NCBI GenBank assembly: GCA_965222155.1
Contig: CBDCTH010000012.1
Span: 2,208,001 to 2,272,000, forward strand
DNA length: 64,000 nt
Reading direction: 5' to 3'
Origin: Gammaproteobacteria bacterium
GTDB lineage: Bacteria > Pseudomonadota > Gammaproteobacteria > Eutrophobiales > Eutrophobiaceae
In this document: piece after piece, positions 1 through 10,683 of the stretch
How positions within the stretch are numbered: position 1 is the stretch's first letter
Layout: each line of letters begins with the position of its first letter
The notes under the pieces: generated by a model
The model's input: only the letters and a program-made list of their open reading frames with translations
Databases searched by the model: none
What the model was told of the DNA's origin: nothing
Program-made: the position numbers and the translations under genes

Positions 1-527
1 CAGATAATTAAACGGCTTGAGAAAATTTGCTCTGCAAGGGGGGTGGGTTGCTTTAAATGTATACGTACACGGTATTGGCTGAGCTTCTCTGCATATTCTA
101 TGAATCCGAAACTGAACTCACGTTGCCTGAAGTGAACATCGTTAGCAGAATCCGTAAGCAGGCCAATAGTAAATACCACGTCGTCAGCATCCAGATATTC
201 ACCATTGTGAAACCGAACACCACTTCTCAGTGTCAACTCGACTACGTCTCGTGCGGCATTCCAGACCCATGAATCGGCGAGCAGACCTTCAATGCGTCCA
301 GAGTCAGAATCTCTATACAACAAGGTATCGTATACAGCCAGGGATAAGGCCGCAGATTCCATTGAATCAGTATGTAGTCGATCAATAAAGTCGGTTTCAC
401 GCGAAAAGGCGATCCGCACCGGGCGTTCCGCAGCTGAAACGGATGTGTGGAGAACAACAACTACCAGAAGTATGCAGCTAATGAACGAATTGCCTCGGCT
501 GTTGACCATGATGTGTATTCCGGACAT
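1..527 (-). CDS. ABC transporter substrate-binding protein, family 5 (DppA/OppA-like); 5' part only, runs off the window edge
   Basis: Not in the ORF track. Hand translation from ATG 527 (or 509) gives a signal peptide, then YDTLLYRD..GLLADSW..LTLRSGVRFHNGEYLDADDVVFT, the family-5 SBP signature. The frame stays open to base 1. Confidence 0.85.
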   Translation of the reverse strand, partial: MSGIHIMVNSRGNSFISCILLVVVVLHTSVSAAERPVRIAFSRETDFIDRLHTDSMESAALSLAVYDTLLYRDSDSGRIEGLLADSWVWNAARDVVELTLRSGVRFHNGEYLDADDVVFTIGLLTDSANDVHFRQREFSFGFIEYAEKLSQYRVRIHLKQPTPLAEQIFSSRLII

Positions 528-687
528 TATCAAAGAAGCTGACCTGAGCCTCTAATGCAATAAGGCTTCATTTGTTTGTCCCCCAAATTTCAACGATACG
601 ATAATCGATATCACCCAAAAAGCGACAGGTGACACGCTGAATACTCTAGCCAAGTCTAGTATTTTGTTTTAACTTATAAAGCACTAT

Positions 688-701
688 TTTGATATATGAA
701 A
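688..701. promoter_or_regulatory. Putative IclR-type operator (TTTGATA-TATGAAA)
   Basis: Near-palindrome with one mismatch, in the AT-rich divergent gap upstream of an operon encoding an IclR regulator. Confidence 0.35.
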
Positions 702-710
702 CTATAAACA

Positions 711-1820
711 GTGAGATTAAGCTCTCCTGCATCATGCTTTCGTCCGGATTATATCCAAGCTCGAGAATGCTTTCTCGATTCGGCCGCGCGTGCAGGCGCC
801 TACACACAATCTTATGAAAACCCGGTCGCAGGCAGACTCGGTGAAACCCTGGGTACGGATGTTGCGATCCTGGGGAATATAAATGCACCATCTGTGCTGT
901 TAGTTCAATCCGGCACACACGGCGTTGAGGGATATTGTGGCTCTGCAATCCAGGTTGCCTTCCTCGAATTTATAGCCTCCACATCTATCGCCCGCGACAC
1001 TGCAGTGATGCTGGTTCACGGTATCAACGCGTATGGGTTCTCCTGGTACAGTCGTGGTGATGAAAATAATGTTGATTTAAACCGGAATTTCATCGACTTT
1101 GTTGATGCCAGTGAGAAACGAAATGATATTTTTCCTGAACTTGCCCCATACCTCATACCAGGCGAGTGGACAAAAAAATGTATAGCCGAAGCCGATGCCA
1201 GGTTAGGGGAACTACGCCAGAGATACGGACATGATGTAGTGAGCCAATCGTTACGTCGGGGGCAGTATTCTTACCCTGAAAATTTATTTTATGGTGGAAC
1301 CGAGCCCAGTTGGTCAAGACTCACCGTCGAAAGAATAGCTCATGACTATTTGGAACGCGCTACCAAACTCATATTTCTTGACATTCATTCGGGTTTGGGA
1401 AACTATGGAAAAGTGGGTTTGCTTTCAGTCGAGCCAGGCACTAACGAGAAATTTAAGGCGCTTCAAAAGATATTTGGTTCCCTGGTAAAATCCACCCATG
1501 ATCCGCAATCCGATGCTGCGAATGCGAACGGCAATATCATCAGAGGCTATTCCGAACAGCTTGCTGACATCATGTTTTTAGGCGTAGGTGTGGAATTCGG
1601 CACGTACCAACAAGCGCGTGTTCAGGACGCATTAAGAGCAGACACTTGGCTGCATCATACGAAACGTTTTAAGGAATTGCCCCGGTACTTAAAGCAGGAA
1701 ATCAAACAGGAAATACTGGAAGTATTTTGTCCAATGGATCCTTCCTGGCGTGAAACGGTCGTCACGACGGGGTGTACAATTTGTCAAACCGCGCTCAAAG
1801 GCCTGGAAAGCTTGTCCTGA
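711..1820 (+). CDS. DUF2817 / M14-like zinc metallopeptidase
   Basis: Motifs SGTHGVEG, DENNVDLNRNF, DIHSGLG and EFGT. Confidence 0.85.
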   Translation: MRLSSPASCFRPDYIQARECFLDSAARAGAYTQSYENPVAGRLGETLGTDVAILGNINAPSVLLVQSGTHGVEGYCGSAIQVAFLEFIASTSIARDTAVMLVHGINAYGFSWYSRGDENNVDLNRNFIDFVDASEKRNDIFPELAPYLIPGEWTKKCIAEADARLGELRQRYGHDVVSQSLRRGQYSYPENLFYGGTEPSWSRLTVERIAHDYLERATKLIFLDIHSGLGNYGKVGLLSVEPGTNEKFKALQKIFGSLVKSTHDPQSDAANANGNIIRGYSEQLADIMFLGVGVEFGTYQQARVQDALRADTWLHHTKRFKELPRYLKQEIKQEILEVFCPMDPSWRETVVTTGCTICQTALKGLESLS

Positions 1821-1857
1821 GCCGGCCATCATTTATTTTTTCTCGGAGGGCCAGTTG

Positions 1858-2649
1858 TTGAAGGATATATCGCTATCTTCTTCAAAAAAAACATCGATTG
1901 GGAAGGCAATGATTCTGTTGAGGGAATTGGGCAAGCTTTCCTCGTCAGGTGGGGTAAAGCTCGGAGACCTTGCGCGCTCTACCGGATTTAATAAAGCAAC
2001 AACGCATCGTTTACTTGGCGAACTTCGAAAATATGGTTTAGTGGAGCAGCAGCCTATTAACGGGACATACGGACTTGGCAAAATGATTCTTGTACTCAAT
2101 GCTCAATATCATGCCGGCTTGGACCTGAGAAAACGCGCTTTACCCGTATTGAAATCCCTTGCTGAAAAAACAGGTTTAACCGCGCATCTGGCCGTTCGCG
2201 ATGGTGATGAAATCGTGTATATAGAAAAAATAGAAACAACTCATAATATTAGGGTTGCATCAGGTATTGGCTGGCGTGGTAAGCTCCACTGCACCTCGCT
2301 TGGAAAATCACTCCTTGCATACGGTGGGATGGAACTGATTAATATTACGCTTAATAACGGATTGGAACAGCGGACACCGAATACGATTATTAACCGAGCC
2401 AAGTTGGAAAACGAATTAAAGCTCATCCGGCAGCTCGGTTATGCAGTCGATGATTCTGAAAATCAGGAAGAAGTCCGTTGTATTGCAGCACCAATATTCG
2501 ATAGAAACAGTAAACCAATTGCAGCGATAAGTGTCTCTGGGACGATTTCTCAATTACCAAAGAAGAATGATGTCGCCATAGGTGAACTCATCAAACGCCA
2601 TACACTAAACTTAAGTGAAGAACTGGGATACACAGATGAACAATCCTGA
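1858..2649 (+). CDS. IclR-family transcriptional regulator
   Basis: N-terminal HTH (LARSTGFNKATTHRLL), LHCTSLGK, CIAAPI..AAISVSG. The start is probably the TTG after the GGAGGG RBS. Confidence 0.9.
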   Translation: MKDISLSSSKKTSIGKAMILLRELGKLSSSGGVKLGDLARSTGFNKATTHRLLGELRKYGLVEQQPINGTYGLGKMILVLNAQYHAGLDLRKRALPVLKSLAEKTGLTAHLAVRDGDEIVYIEKIETTHNIRVASGIGWRGKLHCTSLGKSLLAYGGMELINITLNNGLEQRTPNTIINRAKLENELKLIRQLGYAVDDSENQEEVRCIAAPIFDRNSKPIAAISVSGTISQLPKKNDVAIGELIKRHTLNLSEELGYTDEQS

Positions 2650-2834
2650 TTATCCTGTCCATCCATGTAAATACAAAGGTATCCGGTTGCCTTCACCACT
2701 CAGGAATATGATATTTCAGTTAGTATCCTGATATCCGATGTTGGGGATTAGGACTTGCAAACACGGCAGGCGCAGTAGATACCGATATAAGCACTACAAA
2801 AGTAAATCACTCGATCAGCCTGTTACTAAACATC

Positions 2835-3698
2835 TCAGGTATTCGGTCGGTCCCTCCCTGCCGACCACCATGCTGTGTTATTTACCGCGCGTATAAGCTG
2901 TTCCCGCGCTGTGCCTGTGAGATTGTTAATTATATCTGTGACCTCCCTTGCCTGCTCACCCACTGGATAGCGAAACGCGGGTTTCTCTTCCCGGGCAATA
3001 CTGATTAACAATTCGGCAACCCGCAGCGGGTCATCACCCTGGCCTGAACTTGATACTATTCCTAGTTGCAGGTGTTCTATCAATGCTGTGTAAACTGAGC
3101 TCTGCGGACAGACAAAGTTCCTTGCAAGCTTATCCGGCATTGCAGTGTTGAACAATCCCGGTTCCACTACTGATACGGAGATATTAAAACGGTCCACCTC
3201 ATAACGCAGTCCTTCGGCCATGGCTTCCAGAGCCGCCTTGCTTGCACTGTAGACGGTCTCTCCGGGCAATCCGACCAATGCCGACAGCGAAGATATCATG
3301 ATAATACGCCCATAGCCTTGAGTGCGCATAGTTGGCAGTACGGCTTTTGACAGAAGTACCGGCGCAATGAAATTGACTTTCATCACGTGATCAATATCGA
3401 CTTCCGGCAAATCTTCGAGCGCTGCGAGCCTGGCAACACCGGCGTTATTGATTAATACGTCTATCCGGCCACAAGAGTCGACTACCTGCCCCACCGCTGA
3501 ATTGATCGCCTCGGTATCAGCCACATCCAGTTGCAGGATATGCAGGGCCAACCCTTCCTGATCGGCAATATCGGCGATATCGGCGCAGTCATCCGGATTA
3601 CGCGCGGCGGCGTAGACGTGATCTCCGTTCCGGGCAAACGCCAGCGCGCTGACTTTACCGAAACCACTGCTGCATCCGGTAATTAATATGACTGCCAT
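2835..3698 (-). CDS. SDR-family oxidoreductase
   Basis: Motifs TGCSSGFG, NNAG and YSASK. Confidence 0.92.
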   Translation of the reverse strand: MAVILITGCSSGFGKVSALAFARNGDHVYAAARNPDDCADIADIADQEGLALHILQLDVADTEAINSAVGQVVDSCGRIDVLINNAGVARLAALEDLPEVDIDHVMKVNFIAPVLLSKAVLPTMRTQGYGRIIMISSLSALVGLPGETVYSASKAALEAMAEGLRYEVDRFNISVSVVEPGLFNTAMPDKLARNFVCPQSSVYTALIEHLQLGIVSSSGQGDDPLRVAELLISIAREEKPAFRYPVGEQAREVTDIINNLTGTAREQLIRAVNNTAWWSAGRDRPNT

Positions 3699-3924
3699 CT
3701 GTAAACCTCCGCTGAAGCGACTCAGAAATTGCGATAATAAGTGGTAACTTGATATCCGGTATTGTAATATCCGCCGTTATCGCCCTCCTCCGGCCCCCAA
3801 TACCTGCGGTGTCCGGCAACCTGGATCACCGAACGATGAAGACGCATTGATACATGACCGCAAACCGGTAGCCAGGCATCCTGTTAACGGGAACGATACT
3901 ATAAAAAACCTGAGGAAACACTTA

Positions 3925-5553
3925 ATGAGCAAGATGACCGGCGCCGAAGCACTCATTAAATCAGTGCGCCAGTACGGTATTGATACCCTGTTCGGCCTGC
4001 CCGGTGGGCAAACCTATCACCTGTTCAATGCTATTTACAATGAAGGCGATGCGCTCAGGATTTTCAATTCCCGGCATGAACAGGGCGCCGCTTACATGGC
4101 TTACGGCTATGCCCGTTCCACGGGCAGGACAGGCGTTTACAGCGTAGTCCCCGGACCGGGCATCCTGAATACCACGTCAGCCCTGTGTACCGCTTATGCA
4201 GGTAATGAACGGGTGCTGTGCCTGGCCGGACAAATTCCATCGAAATGGATAGGGAAAGGTGTCGGTTTCCTGCATGAAATTCCGGATCAGCTTGGTATAC
4301 TGCAACGCCTGACTAAATGGGCAGAACGTATCGAAACGCCCGCGCAAGCCCCACGTCTGGTCGACCAGGCTTTCCGGGAAATGAATTCCGGGCGTCCGCG
4401 CCCGGTTGCCCTGGAGATGTCGCCCGACATCATGGGTCTGCAGGAAGACGTGGAACTGCTTCCTCCGTCCCCTGCCCCGGAACCTGTGCAGGCCGACCCG
4501 GACCTGATAGAAGCGGCGGCCCGCCTGCTGGGCAAGGCCAGGCAACCCATGATCGTGCTCGGACACGGTTGTGTTGATGCTGCTCTGGAGTTGTTACAGG
4601 TAGCGGAAATCCTGCAGGCGCCCTGCACCACGTTGTGGAACGGCAAGGGGATCATTGACGACCGGCATTATCTCAGCCAGCCGTACAGTGCCGGCCACCG
4701 GCTCTGGGCCACGGCGGACGTGGTCCTGGCGGTGGGGACCAGGCTCGATAACCCGCAACTGGAGTGGGGGCTCGACGATGATCTGAAAATCATCCGTATT
4801 GATATCGACGCCGCACAGATTACGAACATTGCCACCCCGGAAATCGCAATTGTTGCAGATGCTAAATCAGCCCTGTCGGACCTGATTACAGCCCTGGCGC
4901 GCCACAGCATTGCCAGGAAATCACGCAAGGAAGAACTGACCGGCCTGAAACAGGCAATGTTCAGAAAATTCGAGCAGGACGTCGGCCCGCAAATGCGCAT
5001 ACTGAAAGTGATCCGGGAAGAACTGCCGGAAGACGGCTTCCTGGTGGATGAGGTAACCCAGGTAGGATACGCGTCATGGTACGGATTTCCGGTTTACCGG
5101 CCCCGGCATTTCATCAGCAGCGGCTACCAGGGGAACCTGGGATACGGCTATACGACAGCCCTGGGAGTGCAGGTAGCCCATCCCGACAAGAAGGTGGTCG
5201 TACTGGGCGGGGATGGCGGGTTCATGTACCAGGCAACGGAGATGGCGACCGCAGTAAAATACCGCCTGAACCTGGTGAACATCGTATTCAACAACCATGC
5301 CTACGGCAACGTTCAGCGGGACCAGCAGGAGAACTTCGCCGGCAACGTGATCGGTTCGGACTTATCCAACCCGGATTTCGTACGCTTCGCGGAAAGCTTC
5401 GGTGCCCCGGGTTTCCGGGTGGAAACCACCGAGCAGTTACGCAAAGCCCTGCAGGCCGCATTCAGGGAAACCGGGCCGGTATTGATTGAAATGCCCAGCA
5501 CCGGTATGCCCAGCCCCTGGCCGTATATCATATTGCCCCGCGCCCGCCCCTGA
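3925..5553 (+). CDS. Thiamine-pyrophosphate-dependent enzyme (acetolactate-synthase-like)
   Basis: FGLPG, RHEQGAAYMA and the GDGG...NN TPP motif. ATG 3925 follows a GAGG RBS. Confidence 0.9.
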   Translation: MSKMTGAEALIKSVRQYGIDTLFGLPGGQTYHLFNAIYNEGDALRIFNSRHEQGAAYMAYGYARSTGRTGVYSVVPGPGILNTTSALCTAYAGNERVLCLAGQIPSKWIGKGVGFLHEIPDQLGILQRLTKWAERIETPAQAPRLVDQAFREMNSGRPRPVALEMSPDIMGLQEDVELLPPSPAPEPVQADPDLIEAAARLLGKARQPMIVLGHGCVDAALELLQVAEILQAPCTTLWNGKGIIDDRHYLSQPYSAGHRLWATADVVLAVGTRLDNPQLEWGLDDDLKIIRIDIDAAQITNIATPEIAIVADAKSALSDLITALARHSIARKSRKEELTGLKQAMFRKFEQDVGPQMRILKVIREELPEDGFLVDEVTQVGYASWYGFPVYRPRHFISSGYQGNLGYGYTTALGVQVAHPDKKVVVLGGDGGFMYQATEMATAVKYRLNLVNIVFNNHAYGNVQRDQQENFAGNVIGSDLSNPDFVRFAESFGAPGFRVETTEQLRKALQAAFRETGPVLIEMPSTGMPSPWPYIILPRARP

Positions 5554-5764
5554 TATCAACAAGGCATGCATTCCTGCATTAGTTCCCGCAAATTGGATCA
5601 ATGCGGTCATAGTTTGCTCCGCAACGTCGTTTTTTGGCGCCCCGGCACAAAATTTAACGAATCGGGTAAAAATTCTACCCGTTATCCTAAGAAGGAGAAG
5701 GGTCACTATATTAGTATTTCCCTGAAGAGTTTATCACAGCGCTTTGCGGACAGGGGTATCTCAC

Positions 5765-6388
5765 ATGACAAATGACATTGGTTTTTCAAGCATCAAACCC
5801 TTCCTGGTCTTGTTCGTCTTATTATTGCCGGCCCTGGCAACAGGCCAATCGTTACTGGAGGAAGTGGTTGTTACCGCATCAAAACGTGATGCCGTCGATC
5901 TACAATCTACTGCGGCTACGATAACTGCTTTTACCGGGTCAAAACTTGAAGAATACGGCTTCGATGATTTTGAAGACTATGCCAATTTCACACCGGGCCT
6001 CAGTTTTCAGAAAACTGCTTCGGTAAGATCACAGTTCATAATACGAGGCGTTACACTCGGAAGGGTAACACAGGCGGAACCGCAAAACAGATCTGTAGTC
6101 GGTCTGTATCTTAACGATGTCCCTGTAGATCAGAATGGTCTGAATGTCGATCCCGATTTATTTGATCTGGAACGAGTGGAAATTCTGAAAGGGCCGCAGG
6201 GCAGCTTGTTCGGTGACAGCGCCATGGCAGGCGCAGTTCGCTATGTGACAAAACGACCGGGGAATGAGACGATAATTACAGACCATGATTTGCGTGTCGG
6301 TGAAACCAAGCGTTATTGGCTAACCACGTACTATCGGTGTAGAGTTGGATGTGGAATTCTGAATAATGAAAGTCCGCTCTTCACTTAA
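5765..6388 (+). pseudogene. Truncated TonB-dependent receptor (signal peptide and plug only)
   Basis: TonB box LEEVVVTASKR and plug motif DLERVEILKGPQGSLFG..GAVRYVTKRP. Similarity ends near 6262 and no beta-barrel follows. Confidence 0.85.
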
Positions 6389-8513
6389 AAGCAAACATCT
6401 GCGTTCAAGGCGCGCGCTGTTAAAATCGGCATTGGCCCTGGCTTCGATCAGCGCACTGGGTGCTTGCGGTCAAAGCTCATCACCGTCTGACAAAAAACTT
6501 GCTGCCAGGCTTAAGAAAAAGCTGGCTATACGCAACATTGAGCACACCTGGATAGCGCTGCCGGATGGCAGGCGATTGGCGGCAAGAATCTGGTTGCCGA
6601 TCAATGCAGAATCATCCCCGGTGCCGGCAGTTTTGGAGTATCTTCCCTATCGCAAGCGTGACATGGCGCGGCTCAGGCCGGAAACCGCTCATGTCTACAC
6701 TGCGGCATGCGGCTACGCAGGCGTCAGGGTAGATATTCGCGGATCGGGCGAGTCCGATGGCATTCTGAATGACGAGTATGAGAAACAGGAACAACTGGAT
6801 GGCCTCGAAGTATTGAAATGGCTTGCAAAGCAGCCATGGTGTAGCGGTTCGGTGGGCATGCGCGGCATTTCCTGGGGCGGATTCAATTCACTGCAGATTG
6901 CCGCGCTTCATCCACCTGAACTGAAGGCAATCATTACGCATTGCAGCACAGATGATCGGTATACCGATGATGCACACTATATTGGTGGATCCCTGGGTCG
7001 GGTGAACTGGGAGTGGGGGCAATTGTTCATGTGTGTCCTGTCCTTACCCCCTGATCCGGAGTTATTTGGTCCTGATTGGCGTAAGGAATGGCTGAAACGC
7101 CTGGAGGTCGTCGTACCGGTGACCCACAACTGGATGCGCCATCAGCGGCGGGATAGTTACTGGCAACATGGATCGGTCAATGAGGACTATAGTCAAATCA
7201 AGTGTGCGGTTTATGCTGTAGGTGGCTTTGTTGATGGCTACACGAACTCTATCCCGCGCCTGTTAAAAAACCTTGAGGTTCCCAGGAAAGGTTTGATCGG
7301 ACCCTTTGGTCATAATTTTCCTGATGAAGCGGAGGTCGGTCCGGCGATTGGTTTCTATTTTGAAGAAGTCCGTTGGTGGGATCACTGGTTAAAAGGGATT
7401 GACACAGGGATCATGGAAGAACCCATGCTACAGGTGTACATGCAGGAAAAAGCGCCCGGGCAGGTTTATCCGGACGAGGTTCCCGGCCGCTGGGTAGGGG
7501 AGTGGGCGTGGCCCTCAGACCGAATCAGGGACAGGACTTACTATTTGAACGCGACAGGTCTGGCTGAAACGCCGGCTGCCAAAAAAGCGATAACCCTGGC
7601 GCCGGATCAAACGGTCGGGCTCAGCAATCCCGCCTGGCTTCCCTTTGCCATGGAAACGGAGCTGCCGCGGGATCAATCTGAAGATGACAGGAAGTCGTTG
7701 ACCTTTGATTCCGAGACGCTTGATAAGGATATTGAAATATGTGGCCATCCTATAGTCAATCTCACACTCTCCGTAAACAAACCTGTTGCAAAGGTCTCGG
7801 TGCGCCTGAATGAAATTCAGCCTGATGGTTCATCATGGCATGTCACTGCCGGCTATCTTAATTTAACCCATAGATATGGACATGCACAGCCCCAGGCACT
7901 GGTACCGGGAGAAGTTTATGAGGTCGAAGTACCGCTGAACATGGTCGCGTATCGCCTTAAGAAGGGGCATAAAATCAGGGTTTCCATATCTGAAAGTTAC
8001 TGGCCGATGATATGGCCTTCACCGGAAGCGGTTGAAATGACACTTCGTACCGGTGTGAGCCAATTGACACTGCCGGAAAGACCACCCGGGTCGAAAGAAC
8101 TGGAGGATTTAACATTTACCGACCCGGTTCCGGTCGACCGGAGTGCTATTACACCAACTGTTCCCGGGGATTATAAACAGGAAATAAGTGGTCCCGATGA
8201 AAAAGGGCAATTCCAGGTCCGGACTCTCAGTGATTCAGGCGGCTTGCTTATTAATGAAATCGGCACCGAAATGAGGATGCGATACGACTGGATATCAACG
8301 ATAGAAAAACTGGACCCGAACAGCGCTTCCTGGAGTGGTTACTTCTCCATAGCGCTGAAAAGAGACGACTGGGATATTAAAACGATATCCAATTTTGAAT
8401 TGACTTCGGATGAGATAAATTTCCATATCACAACCGATTTAGTGGTACATGAAAAAAACAGTATTATTTTTTCGAAGGAATGGAACGATAATATAGTGAG
8501 AGACTTGGGGTAA
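6366..8513 (+). CDS. CocE/NonD-family (peptidase S15) hydrolase, predicted Tat lipoprotein
   Basis: SRRALLK twin-arginine motif and LGAC lipobox; LEYLPYRKRD, GISWGG nucleophile elbow, PepX_C-like C-terminus. Confidence 0.9.
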   Translation: MKVRSSLKSKHLRSRRALLKSALALASISALGACGQSSSPSDKKLAARLKKKLAIRNIEHTWIALPDGRRLAARIWLPINAESSPVPAVLEYLPYRKRDMARLRPETAHVYTAACGYAGVRVDIRGSGESDGILNDEYEKQEQLDGLEVLKWLAKQPWCSGSVGMRGISWGGFNSLQIAALHPPELKAIITHCSTDDRYTDDAHYIGGSLGRVNWEWGQLFMCVLSLPPDPELFGPDWRKEWLKRLEVVVPVTHNWMRHQRRDSYWQHGSVNEDYSQIKCAVYAVGGFVDGYTNSIPRLLKNLEVPRKGLIGPFGHNFPDEAEVGPAIGFYFEEVRWWDHWLKGIDTGIMEEPMLQVYMQEKAPGQVYPDEVPGRWVGEWAWPSDRIRDRTYYLNATGLAETPAAKKAITLAPDQTVGLSNPAWLPFAMETELPRDQSEDDRKSLTFDSETLDKDIEICGHPIVNLTLSVNKPVAKVSVRLNEIQPDGSSWHVTAGYLNLTHRYGHAQPQALVPGEVYEVEVPLNMVAYRLKKGHKIRVSISESYWPMIWPSPEAVEMTLRTGVSQLTLPERPPGSKELEDLTFTDPVPVDRSAITPTVPGDYKQEISGPDEKGQFQVRTLSDSGGLLINEIGTEMRMRYDWISTIEKLDPNSASWSGYFSIALKRDDWDIKTISNFELTSDEINFHITTDLVVHEKNSIIFSKEWNDNIVRDLG

Positions 8514-8596
8514 TACGTTATTCAACCTGAAAATGACACGCTGTCTCAAAAGGCCACAGAGTAAAAATCTGAATTGAAACACGTGAACTGATAAAT

Positions 8597-9064
8597 ATGA
8601 GTAAAACAAACAATATATTGATTATATTTACAGTTATTATCAGCACTATGGCGGTGCTATTATTTGCTGATGAATCAGGTTCTGCAGAGTTTCTCAATTC
8701 GGGAACAATATTCCCTGCCACTGTCCCTCTCTCAGAAGCAGTTCGTGTTGGCGACACACTTTACCTGTCAGGACAAGTTGGCATTGTCCCCGGCACAATG
8801 AATCTTGCGCCGGGTGGCCTGGAAGGAGAGACTCGACAAACAATGGAGAATATTAAAACAAGTCTGCAGGCACACGGCTATTCCATGAACGACCTCGTCA
8901 AGTGCCTGGTCATGCTTGCGGATGTATCCCAATGGGCAACGTTCAATGACATCTACAAAACTTATTTTGATGAACACTATCCAGCCAGAAGTGCGTTCGG
9001 CGCTAACGGACTCGCTATTGGCGCACAAGTAGAAATCGAATGTATTGCTGTCCGAAATCAATAA
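8597..9064 (+). CDS. RidA/YjgF-family protein with a hydrophobic N-terminal extension
   Basis: LYLSGQVG, PARSAFG and VEIECIA. Confidence 0.9.
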   Translation: MSKTNNILIIFTVIISTMAVLLFADESGSAEFLNSGTIFPATVPLSEAVRVGDTLYLSGQVGIVPGTMNLAPGGLEGETRQTMENIKTSLQAHGYSMNDLVKCLVMLADVSQWATFNDIYKTYFDEHYPARSAFGANGLAIGAQVEIECIAVRNQ

Positions 9065-9070
9065 TAAAAG

Positions 9071-9178
9071 CAGTTTCAGAAACTGGCTGATATGCTCCAT
9101 ATGCGCTGCCATTCCAGCACCAGGATCGAGAAAATACTCGGTGGGAACTTCCTGAGATTGATGCGAGAAGTATGGTAA
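9071..9178 (+). pseudogene. 3' remnant of a membrane dipeptidase (peptidase M19)
   Basis: Hand translation QFQKLADMLHMRCHSSTRIEKILGGNFLRLMREVW* contains the IEKILGGNxxRL C-terminal motif. There is no start codon. Confidence 0.7.
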
Positions 9179-9288
9179 GGCCAGAGAAATATATTGAATA
9201 AACAAAAAAATCTTAAAAGGACCTCACTGGGAGAGGGTTACACAAAAGCCGATCTGCCTACGGATCAACGCATAACGGAGCAATTTAA

Positions 9289-10569
9289 ATGAAACACTTA
9301 CTGACCATTGTTTTTCTATTACTGAGCAGTGCTGCCCTGGCAGAGAGTTATGTGATTCATGCCGGCGCATTGTTTGATAGTGTCTCCGGTAATGTTCTTA
9401 AAGAACAGAGTATTCACGTGGCTGATGGGAAAATCATCTCTGTTGCAGCCGGTTATAAGGATGTTACAGCCAGTGAACAGTTGATCGATCTGCGCGCTTC
9501 GACCGTCATACCGGGATTAATGGATATGCATGTACATCTGGATATGGAACTGAAACCGGCATCATATGCGGAAAAGTATACGCTCAACCCGGCTGATTAC
9601 GCCTTCAGGTCAACGGTATATGCCCGGCGTACATTGCAGGCTGGATTTACGACCGTGCGCAATATTGGGGACACTGACAATATCACTATCTCCCTGCGCA
9701 ACGCGATTGAACAGGGACTGGTAGAGGGCCCCCGCATATTGACCGCAGGAAAAGGCATTTCCGTGACCGGTGGTCATATGGATCCTACCAGTGGAAACAG
9801 TTATGCCCTGATGGGTGATCCCGGTCCGGCGGACGCTGTGATTAACGGACCTTTTGAGGCGCGTAAAGCGGTGCGCCAGCGTTATAAGGATGGCGCGGAT
9901 GTGATTAAGCTGGCTGCCACCGGAGGCATGCTGAGTACGACAAAAAATGGCATGGCCCCGCATTTCGCCATGGATGAGATCGAAGCGATTGTTGAGACTG
10001 CCGGGGATTACGGCATGATCGTGGCTGCGCATGCGCATGGCGCTGAGGGGATCAAGCGTGCCATACGCGCCGGTGTCAATTCCATCGAACATGGCACTGA
10101 GTTGGATGATGAAGGAATACGCCTGATGAAGCAGCACGGTACATACCTGGTGCCGACAATGATGGCGCCGGATTTTGCTGTACAGAAAGCGAAGATTGAT
10201 GGTTATTTTCCGAAAATCATACAGGCAAAAGTGAGTGTATTTGAGCAATCCGTTCCCGCCATGGTGAATAAAGCCTATGAGAGTGGTGTCAACATTGCCT
10301 TCGGCACTGACAGTGGCGTGACGCCGCATGGAGAGAATGGGAAGGAGTTTGTCTTATTGGCAGGAGCCGGCATGAAGCCGGAGCATGCCTTGCAGGCGGC
10401 AACGATCAACACAGCAAGATTGCTCAGAATTGAAAATGAAGCGGGCAGCATTGAAGCTGGAAAACAAGCAGATATTATTGCCGTAAAAGGTGATCCTCTG
10501 GCAGAAATCAGCCTGATGCGGAATGTCAGCTTTGTCATGAAGCAAGGTAATATCTATAAACAGGAATAA
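9289..10569 (+). CDS. Secreted metal-dependent amidohydrolase (Xaa-Pro dipeptidase-like)
   Basis: Signal peptide; PGLMDMHVH, AHAHG, SIEHG and FGTDSG. Confidence 0.9.
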   Translation: MKHLLTIVFLLLSSAALAESYVIHAGALFDSVSGNVLKEQSIHVADGKIISVAAGYKDVTASEQLIDLRASTVIPGLMDMHVHLDMELKPASYAEKYTLNPADYAFRSTVYARRTLQAGFTTVRNIGDTDNITISLRNAIEQGLVEGPRILTAGKGISVTGGHMDPTSGNSYALMGDPGPADAVINGPFEARKAVRQRYKDGADVIKLAATGGMLSTTKNGMAPHFAMDEIEAIVETAGDYGMIVAAHAHGAEGIKRAIRAGVNSIEHGTELDDEGIRLMKQHGTYLVPTMMAPDFAVQKAKIDGYFPKIIQAKVSVFEQSVPAMVNKAYESGVNIAFGTDSGVTPHGENGKEFVLLAGAGMKPEHALQAATINTARLLRIENEAGSIEAGKQADIIAVKGDPLAEISLMRNVSFVMKQGNIYKQE

Positions 10570-10683
10570 GTCAAAAAAATCCATACTCAAAGACCGTAAC
10601 CCCCTCCCAATAAACCGCGCCAATCTAAAGTAGAGATTTCTGGCAAATCTCACCACATTTCTTTAGCGGTATCGGAAACTTTT

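Noticed and set aside
3800-3924. PVARHPVNG upstream of the TPP enzyme as a TauD-like remnant
   Set aside because: The match is too short to support.
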